Of a stretch of DNA of 64,000 bases, positions 54,577-64,000 are shown one piece after another. The notes beneath the pieces are model-generated. The model was not told the origin of the DNA. It worked only from the letters and a program-made list of their open reading frames with translations, and searched no databases. Numbering within the stretch: the stretch's first letter is position 1; the number at the start of each line of letters is the position of its first letter. The DNA lies in contig JANLHI010000030.1 of NCBI GenBank assembly GCA_024654525.1, positions 2,886-66,885 of the forward strand, given 5' to 3'. Origin of the DNA: Patescibacteria group bacterium (GTDB lineage: Bacteria; Patescibacteriota; Minisyncoccia; UBA6257; 2-01-FULL-56-20). Both the position numbers and the translations under genes were made by a program.

Positions 54577-57270
54577 TTGTCTTCGGGGTATAGTTCTCAC
54601 GCAGTAATTACCCTCTCTATGCTTGGATTTGTTAAAAATATCTTCCATGGGAAGAAGGTTGATGTGCTTCGCAAACGTGCGGAGGAAATTGGCGCGCTTG
54701 AGCCGGAAATACAACAACTTTCGGATGAAGCGATTCGAGAAGAGAGCGCTAAATTAAAGGAATCCGTAAAAAATGGAATTTCGCTTGACGATATATTACC
54801 TCGTGCTTTTGCATTAGTGCGCGAAGCCGCGCGCCGAACATTGGGACAACGTCCCTACGATGTGCAGCTTATAGGAGGAATCGTGCTTCATGAGGGTGGT
54901 ATTGCCGAGATGATGACCGGTGAAGGAAAAACACTTGCGGGAGTAGCGCCTGCATATTTAAATACGCTTGCAGGAAATGGTGTGCATGTCGTGACGGTGA
55001 ACGAGTATTTGGCGAGACGTGATGCGGTATGGATGGGGCAGATTTATCGTGCATTGGGTCTTTCGGTGGCGTGTCTTGTGCCGAATACCGCATATCTTTA
55101 CGATCCCGATTACAAGGCTCCGGAGGAATCTGTAAAATCAGGGAGTGAAGAGACGAAAATCGGAGAATCGGCATTACTGGATAAGGAGCGTGATATTACG
55201 GGGAGTTTTCTGGTACAACAGGAATTTCTCCGTCCTATTTCCCGCAGAGAAGCGTATCTTGCGGATATCACGTATGGCACGAATCACGAATTCGGATTTG
55301 ACTATTTACGAGATAATCTTGCGCATGGATTATTCGATCAGGTGCAGTCTGCGCGTGGAGGATATAATTTTGCGATTATTGACGAAGTGGATAGTATTTT
55401 GATAGATGAGGCGCGAACGCCTCTTATTATCGCTGCGCCGGATTCGGAATCGAGTGAATTTTATAAAACATTTGCGCGTATAGTACGTGACTTACAGCCC
55501 GAAACTCATTATACAGTTGATGAAAAATTTAAAGCGGTAAGCATTACTAATGATGGTATAGAGAAGGTGGAATCGCTTGTGGGTATACAGGATTTATATG
55601 CACCTCAAAATCTTCGTTTAGTGCATTATCTTGAGGAAAGCTTGAAGGCAAAGGCATTGTTTCATCGCGATAAAGAATATGTGGTAAAAAACGGGGAAAT
55701 TATTCTTGTGGACGAATTTACGGGGCGTCTTTTGCAAGGGAGGCGTTACAGTGCGGGGCTCCATCAGGCAATCGAGGCGAAAGAGGGAGTCACGGTACAG
55801 CAGGAGTCAAAGACATATGCGCGTGTTTCGATTCAAAACTATTTCCGGCTTTACCGCAAACTTGCGGGTATGACTGGGACGGCACAGACTTCCGCGGAAG
55901 AATTTCATAAGGTGTACGGTATGGAAGTGATAAGTATCCCTCCGAATAAGCCGTGTACTCGAAAAGATGCGGGAGATTTGATTTATAAAACCGCGTTGGC
56001 AAAATGGGAAGCGGTTGCGCGAGATGTAAAATCAGCGCATGAAAAAGGACAACCGGTGTTGGTGGGAACTACCTCTATCTCGAAAAATGAATTACTCTCG
56101 GCGTTATTACATAAGCATCACGTACCGCATGAAGTATTGAATGCAAAAAACAACGAGCGGGAAGGTGCGATTATTGCGCAGGCGGGACGGTGGGGCGCGG
56201 TGACGGTGGCAACAAACATGGCGGGGCGCGGTGTGGATATTATTCTTGGGGGTAATCCGTTTAGCGCCGATGATGCAAAGAAAGTGTGTGAGGCGGGTGG
56301 GCTTGGAGTTATCGGAACCGAACGGCACGAAGCGCGCCGTATAGATAATCAGCTTCGTGGACGTGCGGGGCGTCAAGGAGACCCGGGTTTTTCGCAGTTC
56401 TATCTTTCACTCGAAGATGATCTTATGCGCATATTTGGTGGAAGCATGATTAAGGGAATTATGGATAAGTTTGATCTTCCTGATGACCAGCCGATTGAGG
56501 CGGGGATTGTGTCAAAAGCGGTTGCGCAAGCGCAGTCGAAAGTGGAAGGCGCCACGTTTGATATGCGAAAGCACTTATTGGAATACGATGATGTGTTAAA
56601 CAAACAACGAACGGCGGTGTATCGGCGTCGACAGGAAATTCTAGAAAGCATGAATAAAGGTGAATTGAGTCGGTTGGTGTTTGAGGCAGCTGAGGGACAT
56701 ACTAAAATGATTGTTCCGCAAGGATTTGCGGAAGAGGCCGAGTTTTCTGATGAGGTGAAGGAAATGTTAAAAAAAGGATTCGAGGAAGCGGGAATTATTG
56801 CGACGAACGATGAATTACGTATTACGAATTACGCTGGGATTAAGGATATTATCTCGAAACGTAGTATTGAAGCATCGGCAGACCCGCAAACTTTTTCACG
56901 TGCATTGAGTATTTTGGATATGCTTTGGATGAGTCATCTTGAAGATCTTGATGCGCTTTCAGAATCTGTTGGTCTTCGTGCATATGGTCAGCGCGATCCG
57001 CTTGTGGAATATCGGCAAGAGGCGCATCGGCTTTTCACTAACTTTTGGGTAAACTTCAATGCGTGGATATTTTTAAATATTTTTAAATTGGCGAATCCAG
57101 TGGACGGTACCCGAAAGGTAGTCGATAATGAGGCAGTGCAGAGCCAACTTTCTAGAATCGGGCTATCTCCCGGATCTTTCGCGAATGTAGGACGCAACGA
57201 TCCATGTCCGTGCGGGGCGAAACATGCTGACGGACGACCGATGAAATATAAGCATTGTCATGGGGCGTAG
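54577..57270 (+). CDS. secA: Preprotein translocase ATPase SecA
   Basis: DEAD-like motor motifs and a C-terminal zinc finger CPCGAKHADGRPMKYKHCHG. Confidence 0.9.
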   Translation: MSSGYSSHAVITLSMLGFVKNIFHGKKVDVLRKRAEEIGALEPEIQQLSDEAIREESAKLKESVKNGISLDDILPRAFALVREAARRTLGQRPYDVQLIGGIVLHEGGIAEMMTGEGKTLAGVAPAYLNTLAGNGVHVVTVNEYLARRDAVWMGQIYRALGLSVACLVPNTAYLYDPDYKAPEESVKSGSEETKIGESALLDKERDITGSFLVQQEFLRPISRREAYLADITYGTNHEFGFDYLRDNLAHGLFDQVQSARGGYNFAIIDEVDSILIDEARTPLIIAAPDSESSEFYKTFARIVRDLQPETHYTVDEKFKAVSITNDGIEKVESLVGIQDLYAPQNLRLVHYLEESLKAKALFHRDKEYVVKNGEIILVDEFTGRLLQGRRYSAGLHQAIEAKEGVTVQQESKTYARVSIQNYFRLYRKLAGMTGTAQTSAEEFHKVYGMEVISIPPNKPCTRKDAGDLIYKTALAKWEAVARDVKSAHEKGQPVLVGTTSISKNELLSALLHKHHVPHEVLNAKNNEREGAIIAQAGRWGAVTVATNMAGRGVDIILGGNPFSADDAKKVCEAGGLGVIGTERHEARRIDNQLRGRAGRQGDPGFSQFYLSLEDDLMRIFGGSMIKGIMDKFDLPDDQPIEAGIVSKAVAQAQSKVEGATFDMRKHLLEYDDVLNKQRTAVYRRRQEILESMNKGELSRLVFEAAEGHTKMIVPQGFAEEAEFSDEVKEMLKKGFEEAGIIATNDELRITNYAGIKDIISKRSIEASADPQTFSRALSILDMLWMSHLEDLDALSESVGLRAYGQRDPLVEYRQEAHRLFTNFWVNFNAWIFLNIFKLANPVDGTRKVVDNEAVQSQLSRIGLSPGSFANVGRNDPCPCGAKHADGRPMKYKHCHGA

Positions 57271-57276
57271 GAATTA

Positions 57277-57762
57277 TTGAGGTTTAACCTCAATAATTCA
57301 ATTACATTAAATCCAATGCCAAAGGAACGTTTTAAGTTAATTCCTTCCGTATATCTTCTCCTTGTAAAGGATGGCAAAATTCTATTGTCGCGCAGATTTC
57401 AAACGGGATTTGAAGATGGAAAGTATGGCTTGCCTAGCGGGCACGCCGAAGAGAAAGAAACAATGCGGGAAGCTATGGTGCGTGAGATTCAAGAAGAGAT
57501 TGGGGCGCAAGTCGCAATTGAAGACCTTGAGTTTGCGCACATGATGCATCGGTCCTGCGGTGATCATGAGCGTATTGATTTTTTCTTTGTGGTGAAAAAA
57601 TGGAACGAGGAACCGAAAAATATGGAACCCGAGAAATGCGATGATTTAAGTTGGTTTTTGTTGGATAATCTTCCGGATAGTACGATTCCATATATTCGAC
57701 AGGCGATTGAGAGTTTTGTAAACAAAATTCCTTATTCTGAATTTGGGTGGGAGGAAAGATAA
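57277..57762 (+). CDS. Nudix hydrolase
   Basis: Nudix box LPSGHAEEKETMREAMVREIQEEIGA. Confidence 0.7.
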   Translation: MRFNLNNSITLNPMPKERFKLIPSVYLLLVKDGKILLSRRFQTGFEDGKYGLPSGHAEEKETMREAMVREIQEEIGAQVAIEDLEFAHMMHRSCGDHERIDFFFVVKKWNEEPKNMEPEKCDDLSWFLLDNLPDSTIPYIRQAIESFVNKIPYSEFGWEER

Positions 57763-58006
57763 TTTTATGCTTAAACCGGGAGTATATCGGCACTACAAAG
57801 GGAAACAATACAAAGTATTGGGTGTTGCGCTTCATACGGAAACTCGAGAGAAAATGGTGTTGTATAAGGCGCTCTATGATTGTCCCGATTTAAAAGAAGA
57901 ATTTGGCGATGATCCGCTGTTTGTGCGTCCTTATAATATGTTTGTGGAAGAAGTAGAGGTAGACGGCATAAAGAAACCCCGCTTTGAATGGGTGCGGGAA
58001 ATATAG
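57743..58006 (+). CDS. DUF1653-like small protein
   Basis: YRHYKGKQYKVLGVALHTETREKMVLYKALY. Confidence 0.5.
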   Translation: MGGRKDNFMLKPGVYRHYKGKQYKVLGVALHTETREKMVLYKALYDCPDLKEEFGDDPLFVRPYNMFVEEVEVDGIKKPRFEWVREI

Positions 58007-58637
58007 AGTGATGTCTAACAAGCAAAAAATTCTCTGGTTCTTGGTGGGGGTGGTGTTTACCGCCATTTTCTTTGTCCTTATATTTTTCCCCGAGTACAAC
58101 CAGTACGCGGTAAAGATCATTAATGATTATCCGGCGCTTGCGCCGCTTGTAATCATCACGTTTCGTTTTCTGGGAATCGTGCTTGCGCCGCTCCCGGGCG
58201 CGCCGGTAGCGTTCGCGAGCATCGCATTTCTACCGTGGCACACGGCGTGGTTCTATAACCTCATTGGCGTCGAGCTTGGCTCGGTGTGTGCGTTTTTCAT
58301 CGCGCGGAGATGGCGGGAACCGATTGCCGCAAAGTTCGCGCCGATTCAGAATCTCCATGCGTGGCAGGAAAAAATTTCGGAGAAGCGCCAATTTTGGGGG
58401 TTCGTCGCGCTTCGATTCATGTCTGCGGTCGTGGTGGATTTCTTAAGCTACGCTGCGGGGCTTTCCAAGATATCATTCCGCAACTTTCTCCTTGCGAGCG
58501 TGATTGTGGACGCACTCGCGAGTGTACCTTTCTTTTATCTTGGGAACATCGCGTTCGCATATGGTGTATATGCAATGGCTGGATTTGTCGTGCTCTTCGG
58601 CATTTTTTTCCTTGTTGTCAAATTTCGGAGACAATAA
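57984..58637 (+). CDS. DedA/TVP38-like membrane protein
   Basis: Polytopic protein with the LGIVLAPLPGAPVAF motif region. Confidence 0.45.
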   Translation: MNGCGKYRVMSNKQKILWFLVGVVFTAIFFVLIFFPEYNQYAVKIINDYPALAPLVIITFRFLGIVLAPLPGAPVAFASIAFLPWHTAWFYNLIGVELGSVCAFFIARRWREPIAAKFAPIQNLHAWQEKISEKRQFWGFVALRFMSAVVVDFLSYAAGLSKISFRNFLLASVIVDALASVPFFYLGNIAFAYGVYAMAGFVVLFGIFFLVVKFRRQ

Positions 58638-58644
58638 AAAATAC

Positions 58645-59229
58645 ATGCGCATCTATTTTATACGACACGGTGAAACCACGGGAGATGTGGAAAATCGCTA
58701 TGGCGGAAATTATGATGACCATTTGACCGAAAAGGGAAGACGACAAGCGGAAAAGCTTGCGGAAAAATTTGCAGGAGAAGGAATCGCGGTGATTTATTCA
58801 AGTCCTTTTTTTCGCGCAAAAGAAACCGCGGAAATTCTTGCGAAAAAACTGAATTGCTCCATCGTGGTGGTACCCGAGCTTCGAGAACGGAGTCAGTATG
58901 GCGTTCTTACGGGCATGGTCAAGAGTGATGCATGCGAGAGGTATCCAAGTCTAGTTGAGAAGGTAAAAGATAGGTTGAATATCATCGAAGGAGCTGAATC
59001 CTATGAAGATTTTAGTGTAAGGATCCAATCTTCCGTGCGTGAAATAATCTTCGATCAAGGACGCAGTGGTATTGCGATAGTGTGGCACGGCGGACCGATG
59101 AGAGTTCTTTTCCGCGAGGTTGTGGCGCGTCAGGAAATTGGGAAAATTGCCGATTGTGCATTTTTGGAGTGTGAAATAAAAAAAGAGAAGTGGATTATAC
59201 TTCGTCGCGAAGGTATTTCTTATTCATGA
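58645..59229 (+). CDS. Histidine phosphatase (phosphoglycerate mutase family)
   Basis: MRIYFIRHGET RHG motif. The start is the internal Met of the tracked ORF. Confidence 0.65.
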   Translation: MRIYFIRHGETTGDVENRYGGNYDDHLTEKGRRQAEKLAEKFAGEGIAVIYSSPFFRAKETAEILAKKLNCSIVVVPELRERSQYGVLTGMVKSDACERYPSLVEKVKDRLNIIEGAESYEDFSVRIQSSVREIIFDQGRSGIAIVWHGGPMRVLFREVVARQEIGKIADCAFLECEIKKEKWIILRREGISYS

Positions 59230-59504
59230 AAATTCCAAACGTAAAAGTTCTTCAGGAATTGCGCATTATTCCCGGTGTAGGGAAGGAAATAGCCGAGGAT
59301 TTTTGGAATATAGGGATTCGGTCAGTGAAAGATTTGAAGAATAAGAATCCCGAAAAGCTCTATGAAAAGCTTTGCGCTTACGAAGGACGACATATAGACC
59401 GTTGTATGTTGTACGTGTTTCGGTGTGCGGTGTATTATGCATCGCATACGTGGCACAATCCGAAACGGCTACAGTGGTGGCATTGGAAGGATAAAAAACG
59501 ATGA
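59226..59504 (+). CDS. Helix-hairpin-helix DNA-binding protein (pathogenicity-locus/Cdd1-like)
   Basis: LQELRIIPGVGKEIAEDFWNIGIRSVKDL HhH region. Confidence 0.45.
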   Translation: MKIPNVKVLQELRIIPGVGKEIAEDFWNIGIRSVKDLKNKNPEKLYEKLCAYEGRHIDRCMLYVFRCAVYYASHTWHNPKRLQWWHWKDKKR

Positions 59505-59520
59505 AAATTTAATTCTTTAT

Positions 59521-59787
59521 ATGGCAATAATCAAGAAAAAAATATGGCCAAAGTACTTTGATGCGGTTGCATCCGGAAAAAAGAGATTCGAGTTGCGTCT
59601 CAATGATTTTGAAGTGCGTGAGGGAGATGTGCTTATTCTTGAAGAATGGGACCCGAAAATAAAAGAATATACAGGAAAGAAAATAGAGAAGAAAGTATCC
59701 TATGTGCTGAAGTTTAAAACGGATGCATTGTTTTGGCCGGAGAGAGAGGTTGAGGAAAAAGGGTTGCAAGTTATTTCTTTTGAATAG
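59521..59787 (+). CDS. ASCH/DUF3850-like small protein
   Basis: IKKKIWPKYFDAVASGKKRFELRLNDFEVREGDVLILEEW. Confidence 0.45.
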   Translation: MAIIKKKIWPKYFDAVASGKKRFELRLNDFEVREGDVLILEEWDPKIKEYTGKKIEKKVSYVLKFKTDALFWPEREVEEKGLQVISFE

Positions 59788-59884
59788 AAGACTTTACCCG
59801 TTACACAATTCCATGGAATTGTGTAACGTGAAAGAATAATTGTATTGTGAGAGAATAGTGTGTGGTATAGGATAAATAAGAAAA

Positions 59885-60367
59885 ATGAAGAAAATCTTTA
59901 CACTTTGCGTTGTATTTCAGTCGTCCCGCGTGCTTTTGGGAATGAAAAAGCGTGGGTTTGGCGAAGGGCGTTGGAATGGATTTGGTGGCAAAATAAAAGA
60001 TGGAGAAACAATTGAAGAAGCAATGCGGCGCGAGATGCATGAAGAGGCGGGAGTGAAAATAGATTCTGCGGAGCATGTGGGTATTCTTGATTTTGAATTC
60101 TCCGAACAAGATGGGTCGGCTTCTCTCGGGGAAATTCTCACAGTCCATATTTTTCGAGTGGACAGCTTTACTGGCGAGCCGCGGGAGAGCGATGAGATGA
60201 AGCCTCAATGGTTTGACATTGCAGATGTTCCCTACGAAATAATGTGGCCTGATGATAAGTATTGGATGCCACTTCTCTTTGATGGGAAGAAGTTTCATGG
60301 GAAATTTGTGTTTGGCAAGGGAGATGTTGTGCGCGAGTATTCGATTGATGAAGTTCAAAAAATATGA
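59885..60367 (+). CDS. Nudix hydrolase (MutT-like)
   Basis: Nudix box FGGKIKDGETIEEAMRREMHEEAGV. Confidence 0.7.
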   Translation: MKKIFTLCVVFQSSRVLLGMKKRGFGEGRWNGFGGKIKDGETIEEAMRREMHEEAGVKIDSAEHVGILDFEFSEQDGSASLGEILTVHIFRVDSFTGEPRESDEMKPQWFDIADVPYEIMWPDDKYWMPLLFDGKKFHGKFVFGKGDVVREYSIDEVQKI

Positions 60368-60828
60368 GTATTCCAAAATTTATTCCAAAACCGGGACAGA
60401 TTGATTATACACATAGTAAGCGTGCCCCCGTCATTAATTGTCTTGTGGAGTTTGACGGGAGAATTTTATTGGTAAAAAGGAGCAAGGATTTATATTTTTA
60501 CCCGGGAATATGGAATGGCATTGGGGGATTTCTTGATGATGAAAAAAGTCCCGCCGAAAAAGCGAAAGAGGAGATTGAGGAAGAATTAAACATTTCTCCG
60601 GATAAAATTTTAAAAATAAATATAGGAGAAATATTCGAAATGACCGATGCTCGGTATGAAAAGACATGGATCATCCACCCTGTACATGCGGTAGTGGCGA
60701 CAGACAAAGTTCGGCTTGATTGGGAGGCGGAAGAATATCGTTGGATATTGCCGGAAGATATCTCAAAGTATGACAATGCTATGTCGGGATTGTCGGGAAT
60801 ACTGGATCAGTTTTTCAATATCCGTTGA
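60364..60828 (+). CDS. Nudix hydrolase
   Basis: Nudix-like box GIGGFLDDEKSPAEKAKEEIEEEL. Overlaps the upstream gene by 4 nt. Confidence 0.6.
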   Translation: MSIPKFIPKPGQIDYTHSKRAPVINCLVEFDGRILLVKRSKDLYFYPGIWNGIGGFLDDEKSPAEKAKEEIEEELNISPDKILKINIGEIFEMTDARYEKTWIIHPVHAVVATDKVRLDWEAEEYRWILPEDISKYDNAMSGLSGILDQFFNIR

Positions 60829-60878
60829 TTTTCAGGGGGATTCATCGAATTTCTTTTGAGTTCTGTGTGTAACTTTGA

Positions 60879-61580
60879 TTGCAAGGTGTGTTTCCCCCTG
60901 TTAGAATGGAAGGTATGATGGAAATTAAAAAAATGGGAGTGTTTTTTGCGGGAGTTGCATATGTCGCAACGGCAATTATTGTGGCGGCACAGGTGGATGT
61001 TAGGGTAACGACGACTACGGCGCAAGGAGAGGTCAATGCTCTTCGCGTTCAAGGAATGAATGCAAGGTTGGAAGACGCAAAAAAAGACAGAGAAGAAAAG
61101 ATAAGGGTGCAACGCGCAGAGTTTCAGGTAAGATTAAAGAAAATACAAGACGAAAAAAAGAAACAAGTTGCGGATACCTTGTTTGAGCGCTTGGAAACCC
61201 TTAATGAGAAGTGGACGACACATTTTTCCGATATGCTTGATAAATATGATTTGGTATTGAAAAAAGTCGGAGATCGTCGGGATACCGCGCTTGGAAAATC
61301 ATTAGATGTAGCATCGGTAACTTCGGCGATTCGAACGGCGAATGAAGCTATTCTTTCGGCGCGGAAAGCACTTGATGAGCAGGCAGAGAAAACATATTCG
61401 GTTGATATAACCACCGATGCAAAGCTTCGGGAAGCGTTTCAAAGTGCGCACGAAAGTCTTAAAAAAGATCTTATGGGTTTACGAGATACAAAAATAAGAG
61501 AGGCGCGGGAGGCGACTCATAACACAATACAGACACTTCGTAATATTCCAAAGCCGAGGAGTGATTCATCGTCGCAATAA
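60879..61580 (+). CDS. Membrane-anchored coiled-coil protein, hypothetical
   Basis: N-terminal TM helix followed by long charged helices. Confidence 0.35.
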   Translation: MQGVFPPVRMEGMMEIKKMGVFFAGVAYVATAIIVAAQVDVRVTTTTAQGEVNALRVQGMNARLEDAKKDREEKIRVQRAEFQVRLKKIQDEKKKQVADTLFERLETLNEKWTTHFSDMLDKYDLVLKKVGDRRDTALGKSLDVASVTSAIRTANEAILSARKALDEQAEKTYSVDITTDAKLREAFQSAHESLKKDLMGLRDTKIREAREATHNTIQTLRNIPKPRSDSSSQ

Positions 61581-61595
61581 TTATAGTTAATCTAT

Positions 61596-61895
61596 ATGCA
61601 AGAAAATAAAACAGCGTGGATTATTGCAGTGGTAGCTATCGTGGTTGCTGGGGGTATTGCATGGTGGTATGTCTCTGGTATGAATCCACAGACTATGGAG
61701 AAAAATCCGGTATCGGCGACACAGCCCGTACCCGAGAGTAGCAATGCCGAAGGAGGCGTGGTAGTAGAGACTCCTGCTTCAGTTAGCGAAGATTTGGATT
61801 CTCTTCAGAATGAGCTTGATGCGGTTAACTTCGGAGATGCGGATTTCCAAAGAGATATTAATACGCTTGATTCTGATATTCAGAACGGTTTCTAA
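61596..61895 (+). CDS. Small membrane-anchored protein, hypothetical
   Basis: 99 aa with a single TM helix. Confidence 0.3.
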   Translation: MQENKTAWIIAVVAIVVAGGIAWWYVSGMNPQTMEKNPVSATQPVPESSNAEGGVVVETPASVSEDLDSLQNELDAVNFGDADFQRDINTLDSDIQNGF

Positions 61896-61981
61896 TTTCT
61901 TGTTTTAGAAGGTGAGAAAATACAGCCCCGCATTTTCACAAAAATGCGGGGCTGTATAAGTATGTGCGTTATCATTAGTGG

Positions 61982-63061
61982 ATGATGCGTATTATAGGAC
62001 ATCTTGATATGGATGCATTCTTTGCTTCAGTGGAAGAAAGGGATAATCCGCGCTTTACGGAGAGGCCCCTTGTGGTGGGATCGGATCCTAAAGGAGGAAA
62101 GGGACGTGGCGTGGTTTCGACTGCAAATTATAAGGCACGGGAATATGGTATTCACTCGGCAATGCCTATTTCCCGAGCGTGGCAACTTTCAGAAAATGCC
62201 AAAGCCGATGGGAACCCGGCAGTGGTTTTTTGTGAAACCGATGGGAAAAAATATGGAGAAGTGTCGTGTCGAGTAATGATGATTGTGAAGCGGTTTGTGG
62301 ATAGTGTGGAGCAGGCGAGTGTAGATGAGGCGTATTTCGATCTTTCTTTCACGGGGTCGTATGAAAATGCCCAGTACATTGCGCAACAAATAAAATTGGC
62401 AGTTTTACAGGAGGAAAGACTTACTGCGACAGTGGGAATCGGTCCCAACCGCCTTGTCGCAAAAATAGCGACAGAAATGAAAAAACCCAATGGACTTTCG
62501 GTTATTATGGAGGAAGATGCAGAACATGCGCTTGAATCGTTACCCATTCGCGTAATTCCCGGCATAGGTCCAAAAACAGAGTCTCTTTTTGCGCGAAAAG
62601 GAATTCGATTAGTTCGTGATGCTAAAAATCTTTCGCTTGAGGATATTTGCGCGTTATGTGGTGTGTGGGGTGAAAGACTTTATATGTATATGCGAGGCAA
62701 AGACGATGCTCCGGTTGGAGAGAAGGAAAATATTAAATCTTTGGGAGAACAGGAAACATTTGAAATCGATATGCATGATTGTGCATTCATACTGATGCGT
62801 CTTCAGTTACTCGCGCGCGCGGTCTTCGAGCGTTTCTCTTTTTCGGGATTCAGCGGGTTTAAACGTATAGTACTCACTGTGCGTTTTGGAGATTTTACAA
62901 CCGTTACCCGTTCTCATACGCTTGAGTACGTTGCATCCTCCGTTGATATACTTATATTCGAATCGATAAAAATGATTGCGCCTTTTTTTGATGCGCGCGA
63001 GAATCCCATGCGTAAATCGTTAAGGCTTGTGGGAATACGCATAGAAAAGTTATCATTATAA
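61982..63061 (+). CDS. dinB: DNA polymerase IV (Y-family)
   Basis: IGHLDMDAFFASVE...SVDEAYFD motifs and a Y-family little-finger domain. Confidence 0.85.
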   Translation: MMRIIGHLDMDAFFASVEERDNPRFTERPLVVGSDPKGGKGRGVVSTANYKAREYGIHSAMPISRAWQLSENAKADGNPAVVFCETDGKKYGEVSCRVMMIVKRFVDSVEQASVDEAYFDLSFTGSYENAQYIAQQIKLAVLQEERLTATVGIGPNRLVAKIATEMKKPNGLSVIMEEDAEHALESLPIRVIPGIGPKTESLFARKGIRLVRDAKNLSLEDICALCGVWGERLYMYMRGKDDAPVGEKENIKSLGEQETFEIDMHDCAFILMRLQLLARAVFERFSFSGFSGFKRIVLTVRFGDFTTVTRSHTLEYVASSVDILIFESIKMIAPFFDARENPMRKSLRLVGIRIEKLSL

Positions 63062-63069
63062 AAATCACT

Positions 63070-63597
63070 ATGGCATTTCGCGCATATTCCGAAAAATATC
63101 TTGCCGAATTTGTATATGGAGCAACGGATGGCACCGTAACCACCTTTGCGGTTGTTTCCGGGGTAGTGGGGGCACAACTTTCTCCCGCGATTGTATTTAT
63201 CCTCGGTATATCAAATGTACTTGCAGACGGGTTCTCTATGGCTTCTTCGAACTATCTGGCAGAAAAATCGGATCAGCAACTTGCTCGTGTTCCCACGGAA
63301 GGAGAAAAAGCTCCGCTTAAAACCGCTGCAATAACGTTTGTTTCGTTTATTGCGGTTGGTATGGTGCCTTTATTACCCTTCATTGCCGCTACTACATTAA
63401 AACTCTCTCCGGAGACTCAATTTTTGTATTCCGTCATCTTTACGGCGTGTGCGTTTATTACGATTGGCGCAATTCGCGGAGTAGTAACTAGAAAAAATAA
63501 ATTTCTTACCGCATTTGAAACACTTTTCATTGGTGCGATCGCAGCAGGAGTGGCATATGTAGTCGGATATTTTCTTCGTGGACTTACTGTAGTTTGA
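63070..63597 (+). CDS. VIT1/CCC1 family membrane protein
   Basis: YGATDGTVTTFAVVSG plus four TM helices. Confidence 0.6.
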   Translation: MAFRAYSEKYLAEFVYGATDGTVTTFAVVSGVVGAQLSPAIVFILGISNVLADGFSMASSNYLAEKSDQQLARVPTEGEKAPLKTAAITFVSFIAVGMVPLLPFIAATTLKLSPETQFLYSVIFTACAFITIGAIRGVVTRKNKFLTAFETLFIGAIAAGVAYVVGYFLRGLTVV

Positions 63598-64000
63598 TTT
63601 TTTTAACAAATTTTATTTATTTTATAAATAATTAAATTATTCTCTATTTTTTTATCAGCTGTGCATAACTTTCTCTGTACATGTAGGCACAAGGTTCTAC
63701 AATTTTAGTATGGTTGTAGAATTAAAAATTATTTCTGAAATTTTTCAGGCGGAATGATTTTATAAAAATTCAGTCGCCGCCGTTTAAAAGGTCGGTGTTT
63801 GTATGCGGTAAAATTTTTTTCACAATGGCAAAAAAGAAAAAAGCAAAGAAGACTACGAAAAAGAAGACTACAAAGAAAGCAGGAAAGAAAAAGCGAGTCT
63901 AGTATTTGCTCAAAAATCCCCGCTTTATATCTGTCGTTTGATGGATATGAATGCGGGGTTTTTGTTTGCAGAGGTGTGCGTGAATGTTGGCAAAGTGATA

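Noticed and set aside
1-64000. CRISPR arrays and rRNA genes
   Set aside because: I found no regularly spaced 25-40-nt direct repeats with unique spacers and no 16S or 23S-like conserved stretches. The repeats present are heptameric or the 65-nt pair flanking the GIY-YIG gene.

Overview
This 64-kb window looks like a low-GC, CPR/Patescibacteria-like bacterial chromosome: few Shine-Dalgarno sites, many small Nudix genes, a type IV pilus cluster and a group I intron in a tRNA. It carries a mosaic accessory island at about 1-18,000 and a largely housekeeping remainder.

Island (~1-18,000), in order:
- A TIR-like (DUF1863/ThsB-like) gene with an adjacent 2-TM gene that runs off the window start.
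- A LexA-type repressor.
- A phage-derived module: ParB-nuclease-methyltransferase fusion, a second methyltransferase, TerS-like and TerL.
- A complete type I R-M system (hsdM-hsdS-hsdR) with an extra ABC-ATPase that has a C-terminal HEPN-like RNSIHH motif, plus a 4-TM protein.
- An Xis-like HTH and a serine recombinase.
- A two-gene cassette with an HNH-like protein.
- tRNA-Arg(CCT), the probable integration target.

Remainder:
- Metabolic and housekeeping genes: SDR, GATase and tpiA; liv ABC transporter; mraZ-rsmH-ftsL-ftsI-murF; murB, hpf, secA; rpmG, rplJ-rplL; dinB.
- tRNAs Ser, Thr, Trp, Val and Glu, plus a tRNA interrupted by a ~190-nt group I intron.
- Two small GIY-YIG genes next to tRNAs: one flanked by 65-bp direct repeats that include the tRNA-Trp 3' end, the other frameshifted.
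- A type IV pilus cluster (PilB, PilC-SH3b, five prepilins) with a four-helix-bundle ORF fused in frame to a pilin by a 14-bp tandem duplication, followed by a PAS histidine kinase and a CheY-like regulator.
- Seven Nudix hydrolases, four of them tandem upstream of rplJ.
- Candidate ncRNAs upstream of murB.
- ATTC-core heptameric tandem repeats upstream of several genes.

All calls come from reading the translations and the raw sequence; no database search was possible.
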